Positions 25,695 to 33,959 are shown, counted from the first letter of the stretch. The stretch is DNA of 64,000 nt from Gaiellales bacterium (GCA_038230835.1 JBBRMM010000011.1:52529-116528); one strand, 5' to 3'. Translations and numbers: made by a program. The notes: generated by a model not told the origin, from the sequence alone.

Positions 25695-26896
25695 CGCGTC
25701 CTTTCGGCGGCCGCTGCGCCGGCCCGGCGGCCGAATACCACGCAGTCGAGCAGCGAATTGCCCATCATCCTGTTTCGGCCGTGCACGCCGCCGGAGACCT
25801 CTCCCGCCGCGAACAGCCCTTGCACGGTGGTCTCCCCATGGCGATCGATGCGAAGCCCACCGTTCTGGTAGTGAAGCACGGGATAGGTCAGGATCGGCTC
25901 GGTCAGCGGGTCGATGCCGGCCGCGCGATAGCGCCGCATCATGTACGGCAGCACCTGCGCGGCCACCTCGGGGTCGATCAGTGTGGTATCGAGCAGGACC
26001 GCAGGGCGACCGTCCGGAGTGGTCAGACCACGACCCTCGGCGCACTCGTTCACGATCGCCTCGGCCACGGTGTCGCGCGGAGCCAGCTCGTCCACGAATC
26101 GCTCCCCGGTGGCGTTTCGCAGCAGCGCGCCGTAGGCGCGGGTGGTCTCGGGGATCGAGTAGCCCTGCAGGGGCGGTGGCCATGCGCCGCCGTTGGGATG
26201 GTGCTGGAGGGCATCGAAGTCGCGCACCTCGGCACCCAGGTCGCGGGCCATGCCGGTGGCCTCTCCGGTGGCGCCGGGCTGGTTGGTGGTCAGCACGCCG
26301 GCCGCCTGGGCCTCGGCGTAGCAGCGCCCGCCGGTGGCCAGCACCACCGCGCCGGCGTCCACGGCGCGCCGCTCGCCCGCCTGCTCGACGACCGCGCTGA
26401 AGCGGCCGTTGGGCCGGTCGAGGGAGATCAGCGGCGCGTGGTCGTGGATCACCAGCCCACGGGCGTCGAGCGCCGAGCGCAGCGCGCTGGCAATGGCGTG
26501 GCCGGTGCGGTCGCCGACCTGCAACAGGCGGTGCGCGGTTGCACCGCCGCAGCGGGCCAGCCGGTACCCGTCGCCCTCGCGGGAGAATTCGACTCCCAGC
26601 TGCTCCAGCCAGGCGATCGCCTCCGGTGCCCCGGCCGTCAGCAGATCGGCCAGTTCCGGGTCGGCGGTGTCGTGCGACGAGCGGATGACGTCGGCGGCAT
26701 GCTGCTCGGGCGAGTCGTCGCCGCCGACGGCGGCCTGGATCCCGCCCTGAGCCTTGCCGGTGTTGCACGACGCCTTCGAGCCCTTGGTGATCAGCAACAC
26801 GTCGGCGCCCGCGCGGGACGCCGCCAGTGCCGCGCACAGGCCGGCCCCGCCGCTGCCCACGACGAGCACGTCAGCGTGTGTGGGGAGTTCGCTCAC
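25691..26896 (-). CDS. FAD-binding flavoprotein of the fumarate reductase / succinate dehydrogenase / L-aspartate oxidase family (short, ~400 aa)
   Basis: GTG at 26894..26896. DVLVVGSGGAGLCAAL, AQGGIQAA, LQHHPNGG, GLFAAGEVSGGVHGRNRMMGNSL. The C-terminal helical domain of SdhA/NadB is absent. The stop overlaps the next start (ATGA). Confidence 0.8.
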   Translation of the reverse strand: MSELPTHADVLVVGSGGAGLCAALAASRAGADVLLITKGSKASCNTGKAQGGIQAAVGGDDSPEQHAADVIRSSHDTADPELADLLTAGAPEAIAWLEQLGVEFSREGDGYRLARCGGATAHRLLQVGDRTGHAIASALRSALDARGLVIHDHAPLISLDRPNGRFSAVVEQAGERRAVDAGAVVLATGGRCYAEAQAAGVLTTNQPGATGEATGMARDLGAEVRDFDALQHHPNGGAWPPPLQGYSIPETTRAYGALLRNATGERFVDELAPRDTVAEAIVNECAEGRGLTTPDGRPAVLLDTTLIDPEVAAQVLPYMMRRYRAAGIDPLTEPILTYPVLHYQNGGLRIDRHGETTVQGLFAAGEVSGGVHGRNRMMGNSLLDCVVFGRRAGAAAAERTR

Positions 26897-26942
26897 GCAC
26901 CCAGCTTACAGAAGGAGGCCTAATCCCGCGAATAAGACGTCC

Positions 26943-27353
26943 TTATACTGAGTAGCGCTCGGCCGTGCAGCGGAGCTGGTCGCCGTCGGCCGGCACCTGG
27001 CCGATCTTCCACGGCAGCACCAGCGGGTCGCCGGCGTAGCGCGGGATCACGTGCACGTGGTAGTGAAAGACGGTCTGCCACGAGGCGGCGCCGTTGTTCT
27101 GCATGATCAGCACACCGTCCGCCCCCAGGGTGCGGACCGCCGCCTCGGCCAGTCGGCGGGCCATGCGGGCGCAGGCGGCGAGGTCGTCGTCGGACGCCTC
27201 GCGGATGTCCGGCGCGTGGGCTCGCGGAAGCACCAGCGCATGGCCGCGGGTGGCCGGGAAGATGTCCATGATCGCGATCGTCCGCTCGTCTTCGAAGACG
27301 CGCGTGGAGGGCAGCTCTCCGGCCACGATGCGGCAGAACAGGCAGTCGTCCAT
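26943..27353 (-). CDS. HIT-family (histidine triad) nucleotide hydrolase/transferase
   Basis: 136 aa. CLFCRIV, and the histidine triad HYHVHVIP. Confidence 0.9.
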   Translation of the reverse strand: MDDCLFCRIVAGELPSTRVFEDERTIAIMDIFPATRGHALVLPRAHAPDIREASDDDLAACARMARRLAEAAVRTLGADGVLIMQNNGAASWQTVFHYHVHVIPRYAGDPLVLPWKIGQVPADGDQLRCTAERYSV

Positions 27354-27392
27354 CGGCGGGAGTTTCGCACAACCGCCGGTATCCTCATCCGT

Positions 27393-28322
27393 GTGACCGA
27401 CGTCACCATCTCGATCGTGTCAGGCGGCCGCCCCGAGCTGCTCGACGCCTGCCTGGCGTCGATTCCGGCCGCCGCCCGCGCTGTCACGGTCGACACCGTG
27501 GTGGTCGACAACGCGTCCCCGGACGGATTGCCGGGCGTCGCTGAGCGCGCCGGGGTCGAGATCCGCCGCAGTGAGCTGCGGCAGGGCTTCTCGGCCAATC
27601 ACAACCTCGCCCTGCGGGGCGCGGCCGGCCGCTACCTGTTCGTGCTGAACGACGATACGGAGCTGCACGAAGGATGCCTCGATCGGCTGGTGGCCTTCAT
27701 GGACCAGAACCCCGCGGTGGGCTGTGCCGGACCGCGCATCGTCCACGCCGACGGCCGGCTTCAGGCTTCAGCCTTCCGCTTCCCGACCCCGGCTCGGGTC
27801 GCGTTGACCGCGATCACGCTGCAGCGAGCCGGGTGGGTGCTCTCCGGCGGCGAGCGCATCCGCCGAGTGGACTGGGTGCACGGCGCCGCCATGCTGGTGC
27901 GGCGGTCGGCGTTCGAAGAGGTCGGTGGACTCGACGACAGCTTCTACATGTACCTGGAGGATGTCGACCTGTGCCGTCGCCTACGCGATCGCGGCTGGGA
28001 GGTCGCCTTCTTCCCCCGCGCTTCGCTCGTGCACTTCGAGAACTCGTCGACCGCCGACGTCCCCGAGCGGCGTATCGTTCAGCACGCCCGCAGTCGCAGC
28101 GTGTACACCCGCAAGCACCACGGCGATGCCGCCGAGCGCGCGGTGCAGGCGCTCACCGCCGGGATGTTTGCCGGTCGCATCGGCGCCTCCAAGCTGCTGC
28201 GCCGCGACGCCGCCGAGCGTGCCCGGTTCGCGGCTCACATCCGTGCATCGCTTCGCCCGGATGCCCGCCCGGCCGTTGAGGAGGCGGCGGCCGAGCACAA
28301 CACCCGGTCGGCTGCGGTATGA
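27393..28322 (+). CDS. Glycosyltransferase family 2 (rhamnosyltransferase-like)
   Basis: GTG at 27393 in ORF 27051..28322. ISIVSGGRPELL, VVDNASPDG, LNDDTEL, MYLEDVDLCRR. Confidence 0.85.
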   Translation: MTDVTISIVSGGRPELLDACLASIPAAARAVTVDTVVVDNASPDGLPGVAERAGVEIRRSELRQGFSANHNLALRGAAGRYLFVLNDDTELHEGCLDRLVAFMDQNPAVGCAGPRIVHADGRLQASAFRFPTPARVALTAITLQRAGWVLSGGERIRRVDWVHGAAMLVRRSAFEEVGGLDDSFYMYLEDVDLCRRLRDRGWEVAFFPRASLVHFENSSTADVPERRIVQHARSRSVYTRKHHGDAAERAVQALTAGMFAGRIGASKLLRRDAAERARFAAHIRASLRPDARPAVEEAAAEHNTRSAAV

Positions 28323-29305
28323 GCGGGCGCGTCCTCGTGACCGGCGGGCTGGGCTTCATCGGGTCGGCGTTCGTGCGTGCGCTGGCGGCCGACGGTGAGC
28401 AGGTGCTGAACGTCGACGTCGACACCTACGCCGGCGACGAGCGGCGGCTGGCCGACGTCACGGGCGTTGAGACGGTGGGAGTGGACGTCGCCTCTGACGC
28501 GCTGGCCGAGCTGGTCGACCGGGAGCGCCCACCGCTGATCGTGCACTTCGCCGCCGAGTCACACGTCACCCGCAGCGAGGAGGCGGGCCGGGTGTTCTTC
28601 CATTCGAACGTCGAAGGCACGCGCCGCGTGCTCGAGGCAGCGGCCGCCGCGGGGGTGGCGCGGGTTGTGCACATGTCGACGGACGAGGTGTACGGGCCGT
28701 GTCCCGGGGTGCCGTTCGTGGAGGCGGACAAGCTCGAGGGAGAGGGCCGGGCGACCAGCGCCTACGCCCGCTCCAAGGCTGTGGCCGACGACGTGGCGCG
28801 GTCGTTCGCCGACCGGCTGGACGTCGTCGTCGCCCGGCCGACCAACTGCATCGGACCGTGGCAGCACCCCGAGAAGGCTGTCCCGCGCTGGGCCACCCGA
28901 GCAATCCGCGGTGGGCGGCTCCCGGTGTGGGGTGACGGCCGGCAGGTGCGCGACTGGATGTTCGTCACCGACGCGGTTGCGGCGCTGCGGTTGCTCGCCG
29001 AGCGCGGCGAGCGCGGCGGCGTGTACAACGTCGGCCCGGAGGCGGAGAACACCCCCAACATCGAGATCGCCCGGATGGTGGCGAGGGCGGCGGGCCTGGA
29101 CGCCGAGGCGGTCTATCTGTCGCACTACGACCGGCCCCAGCACGACCGCCGCTATGCAGTGGACTCGGGGCGTCTACGGGCGCTCGGGTGGCGTCCGCGC
29201 TACGACCTGGCCGGGGCGGTGTCGGCGACGGTCGCGTGGTATCGCGAGCGGGCCGACTGGTGGGAGTCGCTGGTGCCCGATGCGGAGGCCCTGTATGCCG
29301 ACTGA
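28319..29305 (+). CDS. rfbB: dTDP-glucose 4,6-dehydratase
   Basis: VLVTGGLGFIGS, HFAAESHV, STDEVYG, YARSKA. The ATGA junction and the rml neighbours support the call. Confidence 0.85.
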   Translation: MSGRVLVTGGLGFIGSAFVRALAADGEQVLNVDVDTYAGDERRLADVTGVETVGVDVASDALAELVDRERPPLIVHFAAESHVTRSEEAGRVFFHSNVEGTRRVLEAAAAAGVARVVHMSTDEVYGPCPGVPFVEADKLEGEGRATSAYARSKAVADDVARSFADRLDVVVARPTNCIGPWQHPEKAVPRWATRAIRGGRLPVWGDGRQVRDWMFVTDAVAALRLLAERGERGGVYNVGPEAENTPNIEIARMVARAAGLDAEAVYLSHYDRPQHDRRYAVDSGRLRALGWRPRYDLAGAVSATVAWYRERADWWESLVPDAEALYAD

Positions 29306-29813
29306 GTCGGCCATCCCGGGCGTGTTGATCGATCGCCCTGCCGTGTTCGGCGACGAGCGCGGGCGGTTCGCGGAGATCTTCAGGGCCGCCCGGATGCCGG
29401 CCGCGTTTGTGCAGTCCAACCATTCCCGCTCGTCGGCAGGTGTGTTGCGTGGCCTGCACTACCACTGCCATCAGGCGGATCTGTGGTATCTGGTGAGCGG
29501 GCGTGCCCAGGTGGCGCTCGCGGATCTGCGCCGGCGAGACCGGGCTCCCCGCGTCGAGAGCTTCGTGCTGAACGCCGAGACGCCGACCAGCGTCTATATA
29601 CCCGAGGGAGTCGCACACGGCTATCTGGCGCTGACCGAGATCGACCTCATCTACTGGGTGACCGGTGAGTACGACCCCTCGGACGAGCGCGGGGTGGCCT
29701 GGAACGACCCCACTCTCGCGGTTCCGTGGCAGCTCGACGGCGAACCGGTGGTGAGCGCTCGCGATGCCGCCAACCCGACCCTGCAGTGGGATCTGATCCC
29801 GTCATTTGCGTAA
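29295..29813 (+). CDS. rfbC: dTDP-4-dehydrorhamnose 3,5-epimerase
   Basis: ATG at 29295 in ORF 28665..29813. FGDERGRFAE, VLRGLHYH, LYIPEGVAHGY-like segment (VYIPEGVAHGYLAL). Confidence 0.88.
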   Translation: MPTESAIPGVLIDRPAVFGDERGRFAEIFRAARMPAAFVQSNHSRSSAGVLRGLHYHCHQADLWYLVSGRAQVALADLRRRDRAPRVESFVLNAETPTSVYIPEGVAHGYLALTEIDLIYWVTGEYDPSDERGVAWNDPTLAVPWQLDGEPVVSARDAANPTLQWDLIPSFA

Positions 29814-30589
29814 CCGGTGCGGACGGCCAGGTTGGCCGCGCGCTGCGGCATCACCTCCCGTCCGCGCGGTTCCTCACGCGTGCAGAGCTCGACGTTACCG
29901 ACCAGCGTGCGGTGCGCCACCTGGTGGGCGGCGCCGACCTCGCGATCCACTGCGCCGCCATGACCGACGTCGATGGCTGCGAGCGCGACCCCGACGGCGC
30001 GGCGGCGGTCAACTCGTGGGGTGCCGCCCACGTGGCGACGGCCGCCCGCCGGGTGATTCAGCTGTCGACGGATTACGTGTTCGACGGCAGTGCGGCGGGC
30101 TGTTATTCCGAGGATGCCGCGACCGCGCCCACATCGGTGTACGGGCGCACCAAGCTGGACGGCGAGCGGGCCGTGCTCGAGGCGGGCGGCAACCTGGTCG
30201 TGCGCACGGCTTGGGTGTACGGCGAGGGGCGCAATTTTCTCCGCTCGATCGTCGCCGCCGAGGCGGACGGGCGGCCGCTGAGGGTGGTGGCCGACCAGCG
30301 GGGACGACCGACCTGGGCCGAGGATCTGGCCCGCGCTCTGGGCCACCTGGCGGGGCGCACCGACGAGGGCGTGGTGCACGTCACCGGTGACGGCGAGCCG
30401 TGCTCCTGGGCAGATCTCGCCGAGTTCGCCGTCGGCCACCCGGTGCAGCGGATTTCGAGCGCCGAGTGGGCGGCACCGGCACCGCGGCCGGCCAACAGCG
30501 TGCTCTCGCTCGATCGAGCGCGCACGCTCGGGGTTCCTCTGGCAGACTGGCGCACGTCGGTCGCGACCTATCTGAAGGGACTCTCGTGA
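29786..30589 (+). CDS. rfbD: dTDP-4-dehydrorhamnose reductase
   Basis: Candidate GTG at 29786 in ORF 29726..30589. VTGADGQVG, STDYVFDG, YGRTKLDGE, DQRGRPT. The exact start is uncertain. Confidence 0.82.
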   Translation: MGSDPVICVTGADGQVGRALRHHLPSARFLTRAELDVTDQRAVRHLVGGADLAIHCAAMTDVDGCERDPDGAAAVNSWGAAHVATAARRVIQLSTDYVFDGSAAGCYSEDAATAPTSVYGRTKLDGERAVLEAGGNLVVRTAWVYGEGRNFLRSIVAAEADGRPLRVVADQRGRPTWAEDLARALGHLAGRTDEGVVHVTGDGEPCSWADLAEFAVGHPVQRISSAEWAAPAPRPANSVLSLDRARTLGVPLADWRTSVATYLKGLS

Positions 30590-31314
30590 AAGGTGTGGTG
30601 CTCGCGGGCGGGTACGGAACCCGGCTTGCCCCGATGACCAGGGTGGTCAACAAGCACCTGCTGGACGTGTTCGACCAGCCGATGGTGTACTACCCGCTCC
30701 GGGCGCTGGCGCAGGCGGGTATTAGCGACGTGGTACTGGTCACCGGGGCTGAGATCGACCAGTTCCGTGCGCTGCTCGGGGACGGCGGAGACCTGGGCGT
30801 GCGGATCGAATACGTGCAGCAGCCGGGCGCCGGTGGGATCGCCGAGGCGCTCGGCCTCGTCCGGCCGCACGCCGACGGCGAAAGTCTGGTCGCGATCCTG
30901 GGCGATAATCTCTACCAGGATGACCTGACCCCGTATGTCGAGGCATTCGCGCGGCAGGGCGGTGGGGCGCGGATCCTCCTCAAGCAGGTCGAGGACGCGC
31001 GCAGGTTCGGCGTCGCCACCGTCGAGGGCGACCGGATCACCGAGATCGTGGAGAAGCCCGCCGAGCCGAGCAGCGATCTGGCGGTGACCGGCTGCTACAT
31101 GTACGACCCCGAGGTGTTCGACGTCATCACCGGCCTGCGCCCGTCCGGTCGCGGTGAGCTCGAGATCACCGACGTCAACAATGCCTACATCGCCCGCGGT
31201 CAGATGCATTTCGACGTCCTCCGCGGATGGTGGACGGACGCTGGCACCCATCCCAGCAAGCTCAAGGCGTCGATCCTGGTCGCCCTCACCAAGGGCGTCA
31301 CCTTTCACGCCTGA
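30586..31314 (+). CDS. rfbA: Glucose-1-phosphate thymidylyltransferase (short-form RmlA-like sugar nucleotidyltransferase)
   Basis: The GTG at 30586 overlaps the rfbD stop. VVLAGGYGTRLAPMT, KHLLDV, GIAEAL, EKP. Confidence 0.72.
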   Translation: MKGVVLAGGYGTRLAPMTRVVNKHLLDVFDQPMVYYPLRALAQAGISDVVLVTGAEIDQFRALLGDGGDLGVRIEYVQQPGAGGIAEALGLVRPHADGESLVAILGDNLYQDDLTPYVEAFARQGGGARILLKQVEDARRFGVATVEGDRITEIVEKPAEPSSDLAVTGCYMYDPEVFDVITGLRPSGRGELEITDVNNAYIARGQMHFDVLRGWWTDAGTHPSKLKASILVALTKGVTFHA

Positions 31315-31362
31315 CGCCTAATACGCTCCCTGCGGATGTGCATTCGAGGAAGGGGTGGCGAG

Positions 31363-31701
31363 ATGAAGTACGCGCTTTTCATCTGCGTCGAGGAGGGTGT
31401 CGAGCCCTCTGACGAAGAGGGACGGGCCATTCCAGGTGCGGTCGAGGAGTGGGCGACCGAAATGACGGCGAGGGGTGTGCGACTAGGTGGCTGGCCGCTC
31501 GCTCCGGTTTCTGTTGCGACGACCATCCGGGTTCGCGATGGTCACGTACAGTGTTCTCAAGAATCATTCGCCGATCCGACGAACCGCATTGCCGGTTTCA
31601 ACATCTTGGAGTGCGCGGGCGCCGATGAAGCGCTAGAGGTAGCGGAGCGGCACTCTGTGGCTCGGTTCGGGACAGTCGAGATCCGAGAAATGGTGGAGTA
31701 A
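31363..31701 (+). CDS. YciI-like (DGPF-domain) protein
   Basis: ATG at 31363 with SD GAAGGGG upstream. MKYALFICVEE N-terminus and the size (~112 aa) are typical of the YciI family. Confidence 0.5.
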   Translation: MKYALFICVEEGVEPSDEEGRAIPGAVEEWATEMTARGVRLGGWPLAPVSVATTIRVRDGHVQCSQESFADPTNRIAGFNILECAGADEALEVAERHSVARFGTVEIREMVE

Positions 31702-31894
31702 CGCCACAGTGCCGGACTGTGCCGATAATCGCGAAGCTTTGGGCGGCGGGGCCGCTTAGCGGCTGCACAGGCGGCTAACCCGGCCTTGTGCATAGTTGAA
31801 GTACTCCGTAGGCGGTCCCCGGCTCGACCAGGCGTCGCTGTTACGCCCGTCGACAGGCGGCTGCACGTGGCGGTGCACACCGCCCTCATGTGGC

Positions 31895-32869
31895 TCAGTT
31901 GGAGGGCCCTCTCAGCAGCAGGAAGATCGTACCGCCGACATTTTCGGAGATGGTTGTGCAGGTGGCCGTGTTGTCCGGAATCTGGATCAGCTCGAACTGG
32001 TGGGCATTCTCGGAGAGGCCGAGCTCGTTGGCCGCCGACCGAACCTGCGTGGCCGTCGCATTGAGCGGGGCGCACTGCTGGGCGATGGCACGTAGCTTCG
32101 CCGCCAGCTTCTCCACGATGGAGTCAGCAGGCCCTGGGCCACCGAGGGTACGAAGCCCCACGGTGTGGTTGGTCGGGTCGAGGATGCCGGTGAGCACACA
32201 CGGTCCCGTGTCACTCGCGGGGGGAGCCTGCACGGTCCAGCCACCCATGCCGAAGCGAGTCAGCGCCTGCTGAGTCATCTGGGTGGCGGTGGCGTCGTTG
32301 TAGCAGCCCGAGTTCAGGCCGGTCACATAGTCGTCCAGCCACTGCTGCATCTCGACCATCGATACGTTCTGCGTCGCACCGGCGGGCAGGCGGGTGAAGC
32401 CGGATGGAGGCGTCTCGTCGGCCGGCAACACGCTGACGCCGCCGTCGCCGTTGTCGTAGGCGACGAGAGGAGGCGCGGGGCTTCCCGTGTCCCTCTGCCA
32501 CCGTGCGGAGCAGTCGGCGACAGGATCACCCGTGGCCGACGGGATGACCGCCGACGAGCCCTGAATCTCGCATTGCACGCTCACGGTGTCGCGGGCCGAC
32601 GACGTGACGAGAGCCCAGCCGACTGCGGTGGCGCTGAGCACCACAACGGCGGCGGTGAGTGTGACCAGCAACCGCCCGTGCCGTCGGGCGATCTGAAGTC
32701 TGGGAAATGTGAGCGCCGTCCGAAGCCCGGAAGGACGTGAGTCGAGAGACCGCACGACCTCCCGCATCAGGATCTCCTTCCGCATGGCGACGCGCTCAGC
32801 GGAGAGAGGGCGCACGGAGGGTGCCGGCGCGAGCGCTCGCAGCTTTTCGAGTTCGAGAAGGTCATCCAT
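31895..32869 (-). CDS. Putative anti-sigma factor / single-pass membrane protein with Cys-containing extracytoplasmic domain
   Basis: The start overlaps the ECF sigma stop by 1 nt. Cytoplasmic N-terminal ~70 aa, one TM (LLVTLTAAVVVLSATAVGWALV) and a ~230-aa outer domain. No family recognised. Confidence 0.5.
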   Translation of the reverse strand: MDDLLELEKLRALAPAPSVRPLSAERVAMRKEILMREVVRSLDSRPSGLRTALTFPRLQIARRHGRLLVTLTAAVVVLSATAVGWALVTSSARDTVSVQCEIQGSSAVIPSATGDPVADCSARWQRDTGSPAPPLVAYDNGDGGVSVLPADETPPSGFTRLPAGATQNVSMVEMQQWLDDYVTGLNSGCYNDATATQMTQQALTRFGMGGWTVQAPPASDTGPCVLTGILDPTNHTVGLRTLGGPGPADSIVEKLAAKLRAIAQQCAPLNATATQVRSAANELGLSENAHQFELIQIPDNTATCTTISENVGGTIFLLLRGPSN

Positions 32870-33495
32870 CAGACCCAGCCTTCCTTCCTAGGGCGAACGC
32901 TTGTGCTTTCGCTCGGTACATCCCCGCTTTCGACCCCTGGTTCCCCCAGCGCGAGCCGAAGCCGGCTCCGTGCCCGCGAGAGGCGCGACCGAACCGTGCC
33001 GACCGGAATGCCCAACGCGGCGGCCGCCTGCTGGTAGGAGAGCTCCTCCCACACGCACAGGACGAACAACTCCTGATCACTCTCGGGGAGCGACCTCAGA
33101 GCCTCGCCGACTCGATCCGCGCGACTCGCGCCGTCCAACCGGTCGGCGATCTCGTCGGAGGGATCCGGCTCGACTCGCGGGACAGGCACCCGAGCCATCC
33201 CCGCTCGCCGACGATCGACGCCCCGCAGGTGGCGGCGCACGAGATTGGCAGCGATCCCGTACAGCCACGGGACGGGGCCCTCTGCGCCGCACTGCATGTC
33301 AGCCCTGCGACGCCAGGCGTGAAGAAAGGTCGTCGACATGAGATCCTCCGCCGCGCTTCGGTCGCCTACCCTGCGGACGCAGAACCTGAAGATCGTGTTG
33401 GTGTGACGATCGAACAACCGCTCGAAAGCCTGAGGCTCGCCGGACACGACGCGCTCCCAGAGCTCGGCGTCCGCCGGCTCCTTGCCGTCACCCAT
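32869..33495 (-). CDS. ECF-type RNA polymerase sigma factor (sigma-70 group IV)
   Basis: ATG at 33493..33495 (MGDGKEPAD) in ORF 32869..33849. Region 2 (FERLFDRHTNTIFRFCVRRVGDRSAAEDLMSTTFLHAW) and region 4 HTH (LSYQQAAAALGIPVGTVRSRLSRAR). Confidence 0.88.
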   Translation of the reverse strand: MGDGKEPADAELWERVVSGEPQAFERLFDRHTNTIFRFCVRRVGDRSAAEDLMSTTFLHAWRRRADMQCGAEGPVPWLYGIAANLVRRHLRGVDRRRAGMARVPVPRVEPDPSDEIADRLDGASRADRVGEALRSLPESDQELFVLCVWEELSYQQAAAALGIPVGTVRSRLSRARSRLRLALGEPGVESGDVPSESTSVRPRKEGWV

Positions 33496-33735
33496 CTCGG
33501 TCCCATAGTCGCATACCCAACTAATCCCCGCGGGCGCCCCTTCGGTTCCCGCACGGGACCGTCTCCATTCGGTGCGGGCAGCACGAGAACTGAGGCGGAG
33601 AGTAGCTGCCGGGGCGATGCGGGTGCGCGCGGCGGCTTCGTCAGCGACAGTCGATAACGGCGCGGTCGGACACCGGCACCCGGAAGCCCTTGCCGACCCG
33701 GCGCACCATCGGCGCACCCCTCGACCTGTTACTAC

Positions 33736-33760
33736 CCGTACGGGGTCTGATCCCGGGGTG
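33736..33760 (+). repeat. 25-nt direct repeat, copy A (ccgtacggggtctgatcccggggtg)
   Basis: 23/25 identical to 36433..36457 in the same orientation. It lies in the 465-nt divergent intergenic region. Confidence 0.8.
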
Positions 33761-33959
33761 GGGTGCGGGTGGCCACCCGAACGGGTGGGTGTGTCGGCGG
33801 GCGCGATGGTGGCGGAGGCGTGCGTGTGTCGTTTCCCCCCGCGACCCATCGGGTAACCGTCTAGCCTTAGGATTCGTCGGAGAAGGCATCCGCAATACTT
33901 GTTCGAGGCAACGTGTGATTACGGTTGCATCGGGTGAGGGCGGGTGAGAGTGTGCGCGT

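Noticed and set aside
25691-26896. Calling the flavoprotein L-aspartate oxidase (NadB) or SdhA/FrdA outright.
   Set aside because: It is about 130-200 aa shorter than those enzymes. It has no nadA/nadC or sdhB/frdB partner and is translationally coupled to the hydro-lyase/ComA genes. Only the family, not the specific function, is supported.
26911-26917. A perfect AAGGAGG on the plus strand in the HIT/flavoprotein gap, suggesting a plus-strand small gene.
   Set aside because: No ATG/GTG/TTG follows within 5-12 nt, and the only plus-strand ORF here (26754..26951) is antisense low-complexity.
23416-27353. Canonical coenzyme M biosynthesis (archaeal ComABCDE or bacterial XcbB-E) as the explanation for the ComA gene.
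   Set aside because: I looked for a ComB-type phosphatase, a ComC dehydrogenase, a ThDP-dependent ComDE, a class II fumarase/aspartase-like XcbC and PLP enzymes. None of them is in the operon or anywhere in the window.
31806-31822. A possible third copy of the 25-nt repeat (ccgtaggcggtccccgg) downstream of the first anti-sigma gene.
   Set aside because: Only a gapped, partial resemblance. It is too short and divergent to separate from chance in GC-rich DNA, so it is mentioned only as a lead.
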